Notes under the pieces: model-generated | What the model was told of the DNA's origin: nothing | Database searches by the model: none | Seen by the model: the letters and a program-made list of their open reading frames with translations, nothing else | IMG/VR virus record: IMGVR_UViG_3300025913_000021 | Span: 32,001 to 96,000 of that record | Direction: 5' to 3' (one strand) | Source of the DNA: a virus | DNA: 64,000 bases | Position numbers and translations under genes: made by a program | Part shown: in pieces, positions 53,408 to 62,256 of the stretch | How the letters are laid out: each line of letters starts with the position of its first letter | Position numbering within the stretch: the stretch's first letter is position 1

Positions 53408-53602
53408 ATGTTCTACTGCAAGGACTGCGCCGACATCACCGGCTGGCCCGAGCTCGGCTTCTCGGTCGGCCGGTGCGAAATGTGCGAGCGGGGCAGCATG
53501 CTGTGCTCCGACGTGCCGAGCAAGTACCTCTCCATCCCGACCCAGGAAATGCACACGCGCATCCAAGGTCTCAACCCACATCGGATCCAGGAGGAGCCGT
53601 GA
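53408..53602 (+). CDS. small Zn-binding protein ending HRIQEEP
   Basis: CKDC...CEMC; C-terminal tag. Confidence 0.7.
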   Translation: MFYCKDCADITGWPELGFSVGRCEMCERGSMLCSDVPSKYLSIPTQEMHTRIQGLNPHRIQEEP

Positions 53603-54187
53603 CCGACGAACTGCTGCCAGTCAGGTCGAGAGGTAGCTATCCGAGCCACAACGGTCACGTCATGGGCAGCACCCGGCACAACGCGATCTTCTGCATCACG
53701 TGCATGAACGACCTCGGTCTGGAGCAAGGCCCCGCCGAGATCCTGGACCGATGGATTCACCTGGAGATCGAGGAGGACGAGGTTCCTCGCGCTGACGTGG
53801 AGTACGTCGTCTATCGCGCGCGGGACTTCATCGAGCGAGGTCAGGAAATGGACGCGTGGCGATTGCTGGATGAAATGACCCGCCGCATCGGTCGCAGCAA
53901 GGCCGGTCCCAACATGAAGCCGGGCGAGTAGTGGACGCCTACGAGCGCGGCCTACGTGCGGAGATCGCCAACGTCCAACTGGAGCGCGAGCGCGACGAGG
54001 CCCTGGCCGAGAACGAGTACATGCTGCGCATGCTGTGCGAGGCACTGGGTGAGCAGTACGAGTTCCCGTCGGACAACCCGAGTGAGCCGCCCTACCGGAT
54101 GGACTGGCCTCGGATTCTCGGTACGGTGCGTGGTCGAACACGGGTCTGGTCGGACCTGATGAAGCGAGCAGAGGAGGTGGATGCAGA

Positions 54188-54991
54188 GTGGCTACGCGAG
54201 TACCGGGGCCGGTCCTCACGGACCCGACGGGACTGATCATCGCTGGGGATATTCACTCCGACCCACGGCACCTGGCGTACCTGTACGAGGTCGCCGTGCA
54301 GACGCGCTGCGAGGCGATCGTGGTGGTCGGGGACTTCGGTTACGTCGAGCACTACGACCAAGGCGCTTTCCTGGCAGTCGCCGAGGAAGGATTCCGACTG
54401 ACCACGGAGCACGGGTGGCCGGTCGAATTGCTGTGGCTGGACGGGAACCACGAGAACCATCCGCTGCTGCACGAGAAGTACGGCCCCAACTCACCCATCC
54501 ACGAAGCCAGCGAAGAAGGCTTCTGGAAGATGCGAGAAGGCGTTCACTACATCCCACGGGCCACCCGCTGGAATTGGGCGGGCATCAGTTTCCTCGCCCT
54601 CGGTGGGGCGTACTCGATCGACAAGATGCACCTGTTGAAGTTGCAGCGTCAGGACGGTGGTGAACGGTGGTGGCCCACCGAGGAGATCACCGACGATGAC
54701 GTGGCGAAGTGCCTGTCGGATCGGTCCCCCGTGGACGTGATGCTCACGCACGATAAACCACGCGACGTACAAGTACCGTGGTCCCGCCGCGACATTCCGT
54801 TAGCACTGCCCAACCAGGACAAGATCCAACGGGTGGTGAATGCTCTGCACCCGAAGTTGCTGGTGCACGGGCACCTGCACATCCGCTACCAAAGCAAGGT
54901 AGACCGCACCATCGTGGAGGGATTGGGATGCAACCCGCACAAGGACTCCGACGACCCGGCGGATTCCTGGATAAGGCTGTCGCTCGTCTGA
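54188..54991 (+). CDS. calcineurin-like metallophosphoesterase
   Basis: GDIH, GDFG, GNHE, THD and HGHLH motifs. Confidence 0.9.
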   Translation: MATRVPGPVLTDPTGLIIAGDIHSDPRHLAYLYEVAVQTRCEAIVVVGDFGYVEHYDQGAFLAVAEEGFRLTTEHGWPVELLWLDGNHENHPLLHEKYGPNSPIHEASEEGFWKMREGVHYIPRATRWNWAGISFLALGGAYSIDKMHLLKLQRQDGGERWWPTEEITDDDVAKCLSDRSPVDVMLTHDKPRDVQVPWSRRDIPLALPNQDKIQRVVNALHPKLLVHGHLHIRYQSKVDRTIVEGLGCNPHKDSDDPADSWIRLSLV

Positions 54992-56297
54992 CCCGCTGCC
55001 AGTGCGGCTGCGAGAAGGCCGAGCACGAGAACCGAGGCTCGTGCGCCACGTGCGGCCCGAAGCGCTGCCCTGAGTTCCGAGGAAGGTGGTTGCCATGACA
55101 CTGCCTGACAAGCTGCTCGGCCCCGAGGGCTACGACCCGATGTGGGACGACGTGCGCAAGGTCGGCGACACCGCGCTGTACTTCGACCGCCAGGGCCAGC
55201 CGATGACCCTGCGCCAGTGGGTGACCGGCATCGAAACGGACGAGTATCGCTTTCTCAAGCGCACCCGCGTGGGCGAGAGCATGATCGTCACCGCCTGGAA
55301 CGGCGTCAACGACGGCTGGCCCGACCCCGAGGCGCAGATCTTCGGCACGATCGAAATCCGTGGCCAGGGCGAGAACGTGACCTATCACGACGAGGAGACC
55401 GACAGCACCGAGGCTGCGGCCCTCGCCACCCATGATCGCCGGGTGGAGGAACTGAGGAAGGAACTGAACCCGTGAACGACGCGACCGAACATCCGAACTG
55501 GACCCCGCAGGACGACACCACCGCCTGCCCGTACTGCGGCAAGCCCAACAACGCCTGGTCGTCCACCGACGGCGCGGCCGTGGAGCGTCCGCAGGCTGGT
55601 TCGCTGAGCCTGTGCTTCATGTGCGGCGGGCTGTGCGTCTACGAGGAGACCGACGGCAAGCTCTCGCTGCGCAAGACCACCGCCGAGGAGGCGAAGGCAT
55701 GGGAGAGCGACCCGTTGGTCGTGCGCACCCGCAAGATCATCAGCTACACGGAGAGCCCGAACCTGGCTAGCAGCTTCCTGCTGATGGACCAGTGATCGAC
55801 CCGAACATCACGACGGCCGACGGCAAGCCGGTCGCCTTCCACGACTTCAAGCCCGAGCAGTTCCCGTTCCGCGTCCAGTTCATCGACAACGACACCGAGG
55901 AACTGCTGCACGAGGTCATCGTGCGCGGGATCAGCCACATGGAGGTCCCCGGCTTCGCACCGCGTCGGGTGCGGGTCGAGATCACCTACCCGAACGGGTT
56001 GCAGTACGTCGAGGGACCACCAGGATCGGGACTGAGCGAAATGCGCCAGGTCCCACCGCCGCGCCTGTGAGCTATCGCGACACCGAGTGCGATGCGTGCG
56101 GCAAGCCGTGGGACATCCACCTGATCATGGGCTGTGTGCACGAGCACTCCGGTCACGTGCGGTTCTGTCGAGAGCACCGCTCTCGGTTGGTCGCCACTGC
56201 CGATCAGTACCTGTGCTGCACCCCCTGCATCAACGATCACCCGTGCCGCACGCACGTCGTGCGCGTCATTGAAGATCGGTCCCAGGCCGCGTGACCC

Positions 56298-56325
56298 TTG
56301 CGCTGTTCGGCTGCGCGTCTATATT
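56298..56325 (+). promoter_or_regulatory. putative sigma-A promoter, possibly giving a leaderless mRNA
   Basis: TTGCGC-N16-TATATT, 7 nt before ATG 56333; spacer contains TGTTCGG. Confidence 0.5.
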
Positions 56326-56332
56326 CCGTGTT

Positions 56333-57112
56333 ATGGCGGTGGGAAAGCATCAGCTAACGGACGGTGAACTCGACGAGCAGTGGGCCCTCCTCAAGGCCGG
56401 AGGACCACGCGCTTCGACCGCCAGGGACCGTCTCGTGCTGCACTGGCGTCCGTTCGTCTGCTCGATCGCCAACCACATCGGCACCCGACTCCCGGCCCAC
56501 GTGGACAACGAGGACCTGATCAGCTACGGGATGATCGGGCTCCTGGACGCCATCGAGAAGTTCGACCCCGGCCGTGGCCTCCGCTTCAAGACCTACGCCG
56601 GGAAACGGATCAGCGGCCAAATCTACGACGAGCTGCGCAAGCTCGACTGGGTTCCGCGCTCGGTGCACAGCCAGGTCAAGGAGGTCACCGAGACGGTGAT
56701 CGACCTGGAGCGCAGGCTCCAGCGTCCCGTCTCCGATGCCGAGGTGGCCAAGGCTGCCGGACTGAGCCGCGAACAGGTCGCTGACGCCCGCAGCGAGCAG
56801 TCCTACATCAGCGTCATGGCGCTGGACGCCCTGCTGGACAACAACGTCGGGGACGAGACCCTCTCGCTGGCCAGCCAGCTCTACGACCGCACGCAGTCAC
56901 CCGACCAGGACTTCGAGGTCGAGGGCATCAAGGCTCTGATCGCCGGGGCTATGGCCAACCTGGGTGAGCGCGAGGCGCTGGTGCTGGCGCTGTACTACAT
57001 CGAGGGGCTGACGCTCTCCGACATCGGTGGGCTGCTCGGCGTCACTGAGTCTCGCGTGTGCCAGATGCATACCCGCGCGATGGTCGCAGTCCGCGAACGT
57101 CTCGCCGCCTGA
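56333..57112 (+). CDS. RNA polymerase sigma factor, FliA/WhiG family
   Basis: EDLISYGMIGLLDAIEKFDP, RISGQIYDELRKLDWVPRSV, region 4 LGVTESRVCQMHTRA. Confidence 0.92.
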   Translation: MAVGKHQLTDGELDEQWALLKAGGPRASTARDRLVLHWRPFVCSIANHIGTRLPAHVDNEDLISYGMIGLLDAIEKFDPGRGLRFKTYAGKRISGQIYDELRKLDWVPRSVHSQVKEVTETVIDLERRLQRPVSDAEVAKAAGLSREQVADARSEQSYISVMALDALLDNNVGDETLSLASQLYDRTQSPDQDFEVEGIKALIAGAMANLGEREALVLALYYIEGLTLSDIGGLLGVTESRVCQMHTRAMVAVRERLAA

Positions 57113-57232
57113 ACCGGATTTGGCTGCTCGTCCGTCCGCACTTCACGCACGCGGGCGGCATCGCGTGGTAGGCGTCCCAGGCGTGATCGCAAGGCACGAC
57201 GGTCTGCCAGAGCCGTCGCAGGGCGTGCTTGA

Positions 57233-57658
57233 TCACTTCGCTTCGGGGCTGAGGTACTTCGCCAGGCGCGGATCCGGTGGCGGTAGCAGGCCGTGCTTCT
57301 TCTCGCAGTCGTAGGCGAAGTAGGAGTTGCGGAAATCGGCGATCAGATGCAAACCGACGGCCGTCGTATTCGGCGCGAGCGGGATCGTCCCCACGTCGTG
57401 ATAGAGGTTGCAGTTCGCCTGGTCCCCGTGCTGCACGGTGCTCTTGACCCGGGAAGCCTCGGTGGCGTTGCGGAACACGAGGATCGCCACGATCACCACC
57501 AGCACGAGGATCGCCCCGTCGCGGACCTGGCTGCGGATGCGCTCGCGGCGCACCCTGATCTGAGCCTCCTCGCGGGCCACCTTCGAGGAGACCAGCGCGG
57601 TCGCCTCCAGGCGTGCCTTCTCGGTGACCTGGGGCACTCCGATGTCGTCCGGGCTCAT
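57233..57658 (-). CDS. single-TM membrane protein
   Basis: GAGGAGG RBS; AILVLVVIVAILVF. Confidence 0.7.
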   Translation of the reverse strand: MSPDDIGVPQVTEKARLEATALVSSKVAREEAQIRVRRERIRSQVRDGAILVLVVIVAILVFRNATEASRVKSTVQHGDQANCNLYHDVGTIPLAPNTTAVGLHLIADFRNSYFAYDCEKKHGLLPPPDPRLAKYLSPEAK

Positions 57659-57931
57659 GGCGACCTCCTCTGGTAGTCCCATCGGCCGTTGCCCCTTCGC
57701 GTCTGACGAGCTAATGTTCGGCTTGTGATAAGTCGCTAACCTGAACCCCAGGTGGTGCCGCGCTGAATGCCGCCGCACCCACACGCATCAGTACCCGCAG
57801 GATCGCAACCGTATCGGTGAGCGCGCCTGGTGCTACGTGATCAGCGAGGAACCCGAGACCCCCGATGAGTGGTCGGCGTTCCGAGATCAGGTCTACCGAG
57901 TCGGCTGTCGAGGCCCGCGCGAGCGTGCAGC

Positions 57932-58231
57932 ATGAGCGAGCCGACCGAGGTCGAGAAGCTCCAGCGCGAGATCGACTCACTGCGCGACCAGCTCGCCGAC
58001 GCCAACGCCAGAGTGCAAACGCTGAGGTGGCAGAACCAAGCACTGGAATCGGTTCACCTCTCGCCCGAGCAGAAGGCACGCTCGCACCAGAACGCCGAGG
58101 TCTACTACTGGATCGCCAAGTGCCAGCGGCAGCGACGGGCGATCAACCACATCCAGCGCAAGGGTTGGTACCCACCGGAGTACGTGATCCGCGAGGAGGA
58201 GACTCCGTGGGAGCTGGATCAGACCGCGTAG
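57932..58231 (+). CDS. coiled-coil protein with near-terminal YVIREEE
   Basis: Heptad pattern; tag-like segment. Confidence 0.65.
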   Translation: MSEPTEVEKLQREIDSLRDQLADANARVQTLRWQNQALESVHLSPEQKARSHQNAEVYYWIAKCQRQRRAINHIQRKGWYPPEYVIREEETPWELDQTA

Positions 58232-58305
58232 ATCGCCACGACCAGCAGGGACATGCCGAGCACGACTAGGACGACCCCGAGCTTCTGATCATGTCCGAGC
58301 GCCAT
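58219..58305 (-). CDS. 28-aa hydrophobic peptide
   Basis: MALGHDQKLGVVLVVLGMSLLVVAIYAV fills the intergenic gap. Confidence 0.45.
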   Translation of the reverse strand: MALGHDQKLGVVLVVLGMSLLVVAIYAV

Positions 58306-58387
58306 CGGGCGAGCCGATCACGGATTCGGCCGCTCGTCCAATCGGAACGTCTTTCGGCTCAGCTCAAGGTCGCCTAGGTTGTTCGGC

Positions 58388-58774
58388 ATGCCCGCGCCCG
58401 AGGAGCCCGATCCGCTCGACGACATCAGCACTGCTGCGCTCAGGGCGGCGCTGGAGCGTCGGGGGTATGTCACCCTCACGGCGAAGTCCTACAAGGCCGC
58501 ACAGCGCCGCCAGGGGATCGCGCAGAGCCGCATGGCGTGGGCCGAACGAGAGGCCGAGAGCGCTCGGAGCTGGGCCTACGACTGCCTGGCCGAGGAGCGT
58601 CGTCTGCACGCCCGACTGAACGAGATCATCGCCCTGGCGACGCAGCACGGGATGACCACGGAGGATCTCGTCCGCTTCAACGAGCAGCTCGGACTTCGGG
58701 GCGCTCTGCCACCGACCACCGTCGTGCCCGAACTCCCAGGGGCCGTCACTCATCGCATCCCGGAGCAGCCGTGA
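58388..58774 (+). CDS. hypothetical protein ending HRIPEQP
   Basis: C-terminal tag. Confidence 0.7.
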   Translation: MPAPEEPDPLDDISTAALRAALERRGYVTLTAKSYKAAQRRQGIAQSRMAWAEREAESARSWAYDCLAEERRLHARLNEIIALATQHGMTTEDLVRFNEQLGLRGALPPTTVVPELPGAVTHRIPEQP

Positions 58775-59028
58775 CCCTGCCACAGGACGACGCCGACCTG
58801 TCCCCGCAAGTGCTGCGGGAGTACGCGATCCAATGCCTGCGCCAGGCTGGGACCTTCTCGTACCTGCCGTACACCCCCGCAGCGCCGGTCGCGCAGCCGG
58901 GCTTCACTGCACCGCAGCCGCTCCCGACACCGGATGCGCGCCCGAGCGGCATCCTGTACGCGCTCCAGGGCCTGCTGGCCATGCAGATCGCGAACTCGAT
59001 CACGCACGTCATCGAGGAGCACCCATAG
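58771..59028 (+). CDS. hypothetical protein ending HVIEEHP
   Basis: GTGA coupling; last + strand gene of the array. Confidence 0.7.
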   Translation: MTLPQDDADLSPQVLREYAIQCLRQAGTFSYLPYTPAAPVAQPGFTAPQPLPTPDARPSGILYALQGLLAMQIANSITHVIEEHP

Positions 59029-59030
59029 AT

Positions 59031-59063
59031 GAGCCCCTCCGCACGGGGGAAACGGAGGGGCTC
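59031..59063. terminator. hairpin at the strand convergence, probable bidirectional terminator
   Basis: GAGCCCCTCCG / CGGAGGGGCTC 11-bp inverted repeat. Confidence 0.7.
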
Positions 59064-59112
59064 AACGATCAGTCTGCGCCCACCGAGAAACGGACGCAAG
59101 TCCGAATATTGG

Positions 59113-59215
59113 GGCGACAGGTGCCGGTGTAACGAGCATGTGCTAGCAAGCTCGGCCTCCATGACTCGGCCAGGAGGAGTGCTTCCGGTTTAGAGCCGAC
59201 GTTTCACCTGTCGCC
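59113..59215. ncRNA. candidate structured RNA
   Basis: 11-bp outer helix enclosing CCGG/CCGG, two hairpins and a possible pseudoknot. Confidence 0.45.
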
Positions 59216-59238
59216 GCCCGAGAGCATACCGAACATCG

Positions 59239-59311
59239 TCCGGGTGGAGGGACTCGAACCCCCGATCCCTTGGTCCCAAACCAAGTGGCCTAGCCGCTGG
59301 CCTACACCCGG
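59239..59311 (-). tRNA. tRNA-Pro(UGG)
   Basis: Full cloverleaf: CCGGGTG/CACCCGG, CTTGG-TTTGGGA-CCAAG, T loop TTCGAGT. Confidence 0.93.
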
Positions 59312-59327
59312 GTGCGGGTTGCGATTG

Positions 59328-59400
59328 CAGGGGCGGTAGGACTCGAACCTACGGATGCCGGGTTTGGAAGCCGGTGCTCTTGCCGCTGAGCTACACCCCC
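59328..59400 (-). tRNA. tRNA-Trp(CCA)
   Basis: GCTC/GAGC D stem, anticodon loop TTCCAAA, T arm GTAGG-TTCGAGT-CCTAC. Confidence 0.9.
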
Positions 59401-59464
59401 TTGGGAGCGCAGCCTCGCAGCGACTGCGCTCAGTAGAGCGGTCGCGGTCGCCAGCAGCGGAAGG

Positions 59465-59941
59465 TCATGACGGAGAGGCTAGCTGGTCGTCATCGAGGAC
59501 ATCAAGCGATTTCCGAACACCGCACTCGCATCCTGGAGCGAGGCACTGGCCTCGGTGATGGCGGGCCCGAGCATGTGGGCAGCCGCAGGGTTCCGGCATG
59601 GAAAGCAACGTCCGTCCGATTCCCTGCATCGGCTCGGCCTCGACGTGCCCATGTCGCTCGATGGCCAGGCCGGTGGTGCCTGCACCCTCTGGACTCAGCA
59701 GGAAGTAGAGGATCTCCTGGGCGCGCTGCTTCGGAATCTGGTAGCTGTCGTGCACGTAGTCGTGATGCCGACGGCACAGCGTGATCAGGTTCTCGGGCAC
59801 GTCGTGCGCATAGCCGCGCCGGTAGGTGATGTGGTGCACGTCGTAGGGCGGCTGGTTGGTCGCCCCGCACCACCGGCAGCGGTAGTTGTCCCGCTCGAAG
59901 ATCGCGAGCTTGAGCTTCTTCGGCAGGCCCGTGTAGGTCAC
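59465..59941 (-). CDS. HNH endonuclease
   Basis: RDNYRCRWCG...VHHI...ENLITLCRRHH. Confidence 0.88.
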   Translation of the reverse strand: MTYTGLPKKLKLAIFERDNYRCRWCGATNQPPYDVHHITYRRGYAHDVPENLITLCRRHHDYVHDSYQIPKQRAQEILYFLLSPEGAGTTGLAIERHGHVEAEPMQGIGRTLLSMPEPCGCPHARARHHRGQCLAPGCECGVRKSLDVLDDDQLASPS

Positions 59942-60160
59942 GCCTCGGCCGCGTCCTCGTTCTCGTCCTCGACCTCGTGCTGCCCGACGAGCCACTTCTT
60001 GTTCGTGGCCAGGTGCAGCGAGATCGTGTGCTCGCCGGGCTGCTGAGCCGCACGGAAGAACTCGATCAACATGTCCTTGTTGACCTCGGCCCAGAACACC
60101 TCCTCGCCCTTCTCGTCGAACACGCGCAACGTCGGTAGGTCACCACTGCCTCGCGGGGTG

Positions 60161-60565
60161 TCACTCATGCTTCTCCGACCAATCCGGTGCATCGACGCCA
60201 CCATGCCGAGGCACGCCGAGTGGGTTGCGCGAGTTCGGCTCCTCGGCCGTATTCGGGATGCTGTTGGCATAGCTCATCGGCTGGATCTGGAAGTCGATGG
60301 GCTTGCTCAGTCCGCTCGACTGCTGGATCTGCAATGAGAGAGCAGTGTTCACAAGACGCAGCCGACGCATGTCGTCGCCACGACCGCCGAACATCTTCAT
60401 GAAGTCGTCGTCGTCCAGGATCAGACGCACGTCGATATCCCGGTAGTCGCTCGTCCTCAGCGCCGACCCGACGAGGTACGGCGTCGAGCCGAACGCCTCG
60501 CGGATCGGCTGGCAGGCCCAGTTCAGCCGCATCAGGTCCGACGGGCTCAGGCCACTGCCTCTCAT
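60161..60565 (-). CDS. Pol-beta superfamily minimal nucleotidyltransferase-like protein
   Basis: YLVGSA...YRDIDV...IDFQ. Confidence 0.7.
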   Translation of the reverse strand: MRGSGLSPSDLMRLNWACQPIREAFGSTPYLVGSALRTSDYRDIDVRLILDDDDFMKMFGGRGDDMRRLRLVNTALSLQIQQSSGLSKPIDFQIQPMSYANSIPNTAEEPNSRNPLGVPRHGGVDAPDWSEKHE

Positions 60566-60927
60566 GACGCGATGAAGAACGGGCGTCGGTAGAAGTGACC
60601 CGGGTAGCCGATGTTCATCGAGTTGAAGTTGATCATGTCGATGAACTCCTGCATCTGCTCGCGCGACAGGTGCTGGTAGTAGAACTTCCCCTCGTGCTGG
60701 CCGTCCGGGCTCTTGAGGTACGCCTTGTAGTTCTTGTCGGTCGGCGAGACCTCGTGTCCGTCACGCAGGCCCTGCATGAAGTCGTCCGGGTGCATCGAGC
60801 CGCAGTAGGAACAGCCGCGCGTCTGATTCACCAGGCCGCGACCCTCGCGCCAGTCGTCCGGCGTGCCCTGCTCGTCGCCGCCGTACGCGAACAGCTCATT
60901 GCGACGAGGGCATCGGAACTCACCCAA
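60562..60927 (-). CDS. hypothetical protein
   Basis: CSYCGSMHP. Confidence 0.7.
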   Translation of the reverse strand: MGEFRCPRRNELFAYGGDEQGTPDDWREGRGLVNQTRGCSYCGSMHPDDFMQGLRDGHEVSPTDKNYKAYLKSPDGQHEGKFYYQHLSREQMQEFIDMINFNSMNIGYPGHFYRRPFFIAS

Positions 60928-61621
60928 TCTTGAGCACCTGCCCGGCCTCGATGTGGTTGATGTCGTGGATGCCGTTGAGCCGCGCGATCGACTGCGCGGT
61001 GATCCACTTCTGCGGGTACTTGTGAGCGATCGTCGTGAGCGTGTCGCCCGGCCGGACCTTGTAGTGGTCCACGATCCCGTGACCGCTCGGGGCAGGCGGC
61101 TTCGGCGTGGGCGGGTGCGGCGTCGGCACGTTGGGGTTCACCTGCGCCCAGAGCGCCTTGCGGATCTGGATCGCCCGGGCATCGTTGCGCCGGTAGTTGC
61201 CCCCGGTTGGGTCGAACGAGCCCTGGACGGACTGCGCGGCGTCCCAGTTGGTCATGTGCAGCCAGTTGCGCTTGAACAGCTCGGTGAGGAACTTGCGCGT
61301 CGAGTAGCCCACGTCCATGCACTGCGAGGTCGTGCCCCAGTTGGCCGTCGAGTTGACCGCCCCGCCGACCTGCTGCTGGTACAGCCCGACGGAGCCGTGG
61401 TCCCAGCCCACCGCGTCGTGCGGCAGGCGCATGCTGAGCGGGTTGTTGCCGTTGGCGTACATCCGCAGGCCCGACTCGGTGAGCACGGTCCCCAGAGCAA
61501 TGTCAGCGGCGCGCTGCGCCACGGCGGGCGACAGCTTCATCCCCTTGATGATGGCGATGATCTTGTAGGCCCAGTTGAACTGCGACTTCGTGAGCCCGAG
61601 CGAGGCAGGAGTGGCGGTCAT
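60920..61621 (-). CDS. cell-wall hydrolase (lysozyme-like domain) + LysM
   Basis: AAGGAGG RBS; TES..SVGLYQQ..WG catalytic-type domain; YKVRPGDTLTTIA..IARLNGI..I.AGQVLKI LysM. Confidence 0.85.
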   Translation of the reverse strand: MTATPASLGLTKSQFNWAYKIIAIIKGMKLSPAVAQRAADIALGTVLTESGLRMYANGNNPLSMRLPHDAVGWDHGSVGLYQQQVGGAVNSTANWGTTSQCMDVGYSTRKFLTELFKRNWLHMTNWDAAQSVQGSFDPTGGNYRRNDARAIQIRKALWAQVNPNVPTPHPPTPKPPAPSGHGIVDHYKVRPGDTLTTIAHKYPQKWITAQSIARLNGIHDINHIEAGQVLKIG

Positions 61622-61665
61622 ACCTCCTTGTTCGGACTCCGACCACAGCAGTATGAACTCGGAAC

Positions 61666-62256
61666 TCACTCCCCGATCAGAAGCTGAACGATCTGCTCGT
61701 CCGTCGGCTGCTGGCCGTACCTGGATGCTGTCGCTCCGCGCTGACCCTGGTACTTCGAGTTCAGCCCCGGGTGGCCATACGGCCTCTCCGCAGGCCGGTC
61801 CAGATACGTGAAGCTCACCTGGCAGATCCGCATACCGACAGGCAGCCGAATCGGGAACGGCGAGACGTTGGATAGTTCCAACGTGATCTGACCCTCGAAG
61901 CCCGGGTCGATGAAGCCCGCCGTCGCGTGCACCAACAGACCCAGCCTGCCCAGGCTCGACTTCCCGTCCACCTGGCCAACGAGATCCCGGGGGAGTTGCA
62001 CCGACTCGATCGTCGATGCCAGGACGAAGCGTCCCGGGTACAGCACGCACCCCCCGGAGATCACTTCGGTCATATCGGTCGGTTCCATTGGGTCGATGAT
62101 CGGTGCGATCTGATCGAGCGACGGCTGCGTGAACTCGCGAAACGAATCGGCCAAACGGAGATCGACGCTGCACGGTTGGATCGCATCCTCGTCCAGGGGG
62201 TCGATGCCCAGTCGGCCGTGGTGGATCAGCTTGCGGATGGTGCCGTCACTGAGCAC
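61666..62256 (-). CDS. dcd: dCTP deaminase
   Basis: LSD..I, IQPCSVDLRL, GKSSLGRLGL, AGFIDPGFEGQITLEL, KYQGQ. Confidence 0.95.
   Translation of the reverse strand: MLSDGTIRKLIHHGRLGIDPLDEDAIQPCSVDLRLADSFREFTQPSLDQIAPIIDPMEPTDMTEVISGGCVLYPGRFVLASTIESVQLPRDLVGQVDGKSSLGRLGLLVHATAGFIDPGFEGQITLELSNVSPFPIRLPVGMRICQVSFTYLDRPAERPYGHPGLNSKYQGQRGATASRYGQQPTDEQIVQLLIGE

Noticed and set aside
59151-59222. Amber-suppressor tRNA (minus-strand stem-loop with CTCTAAA)
   Set aside because: There is no T arm or consistent cloverleaf; the region folds better as the multi-helix element reported.
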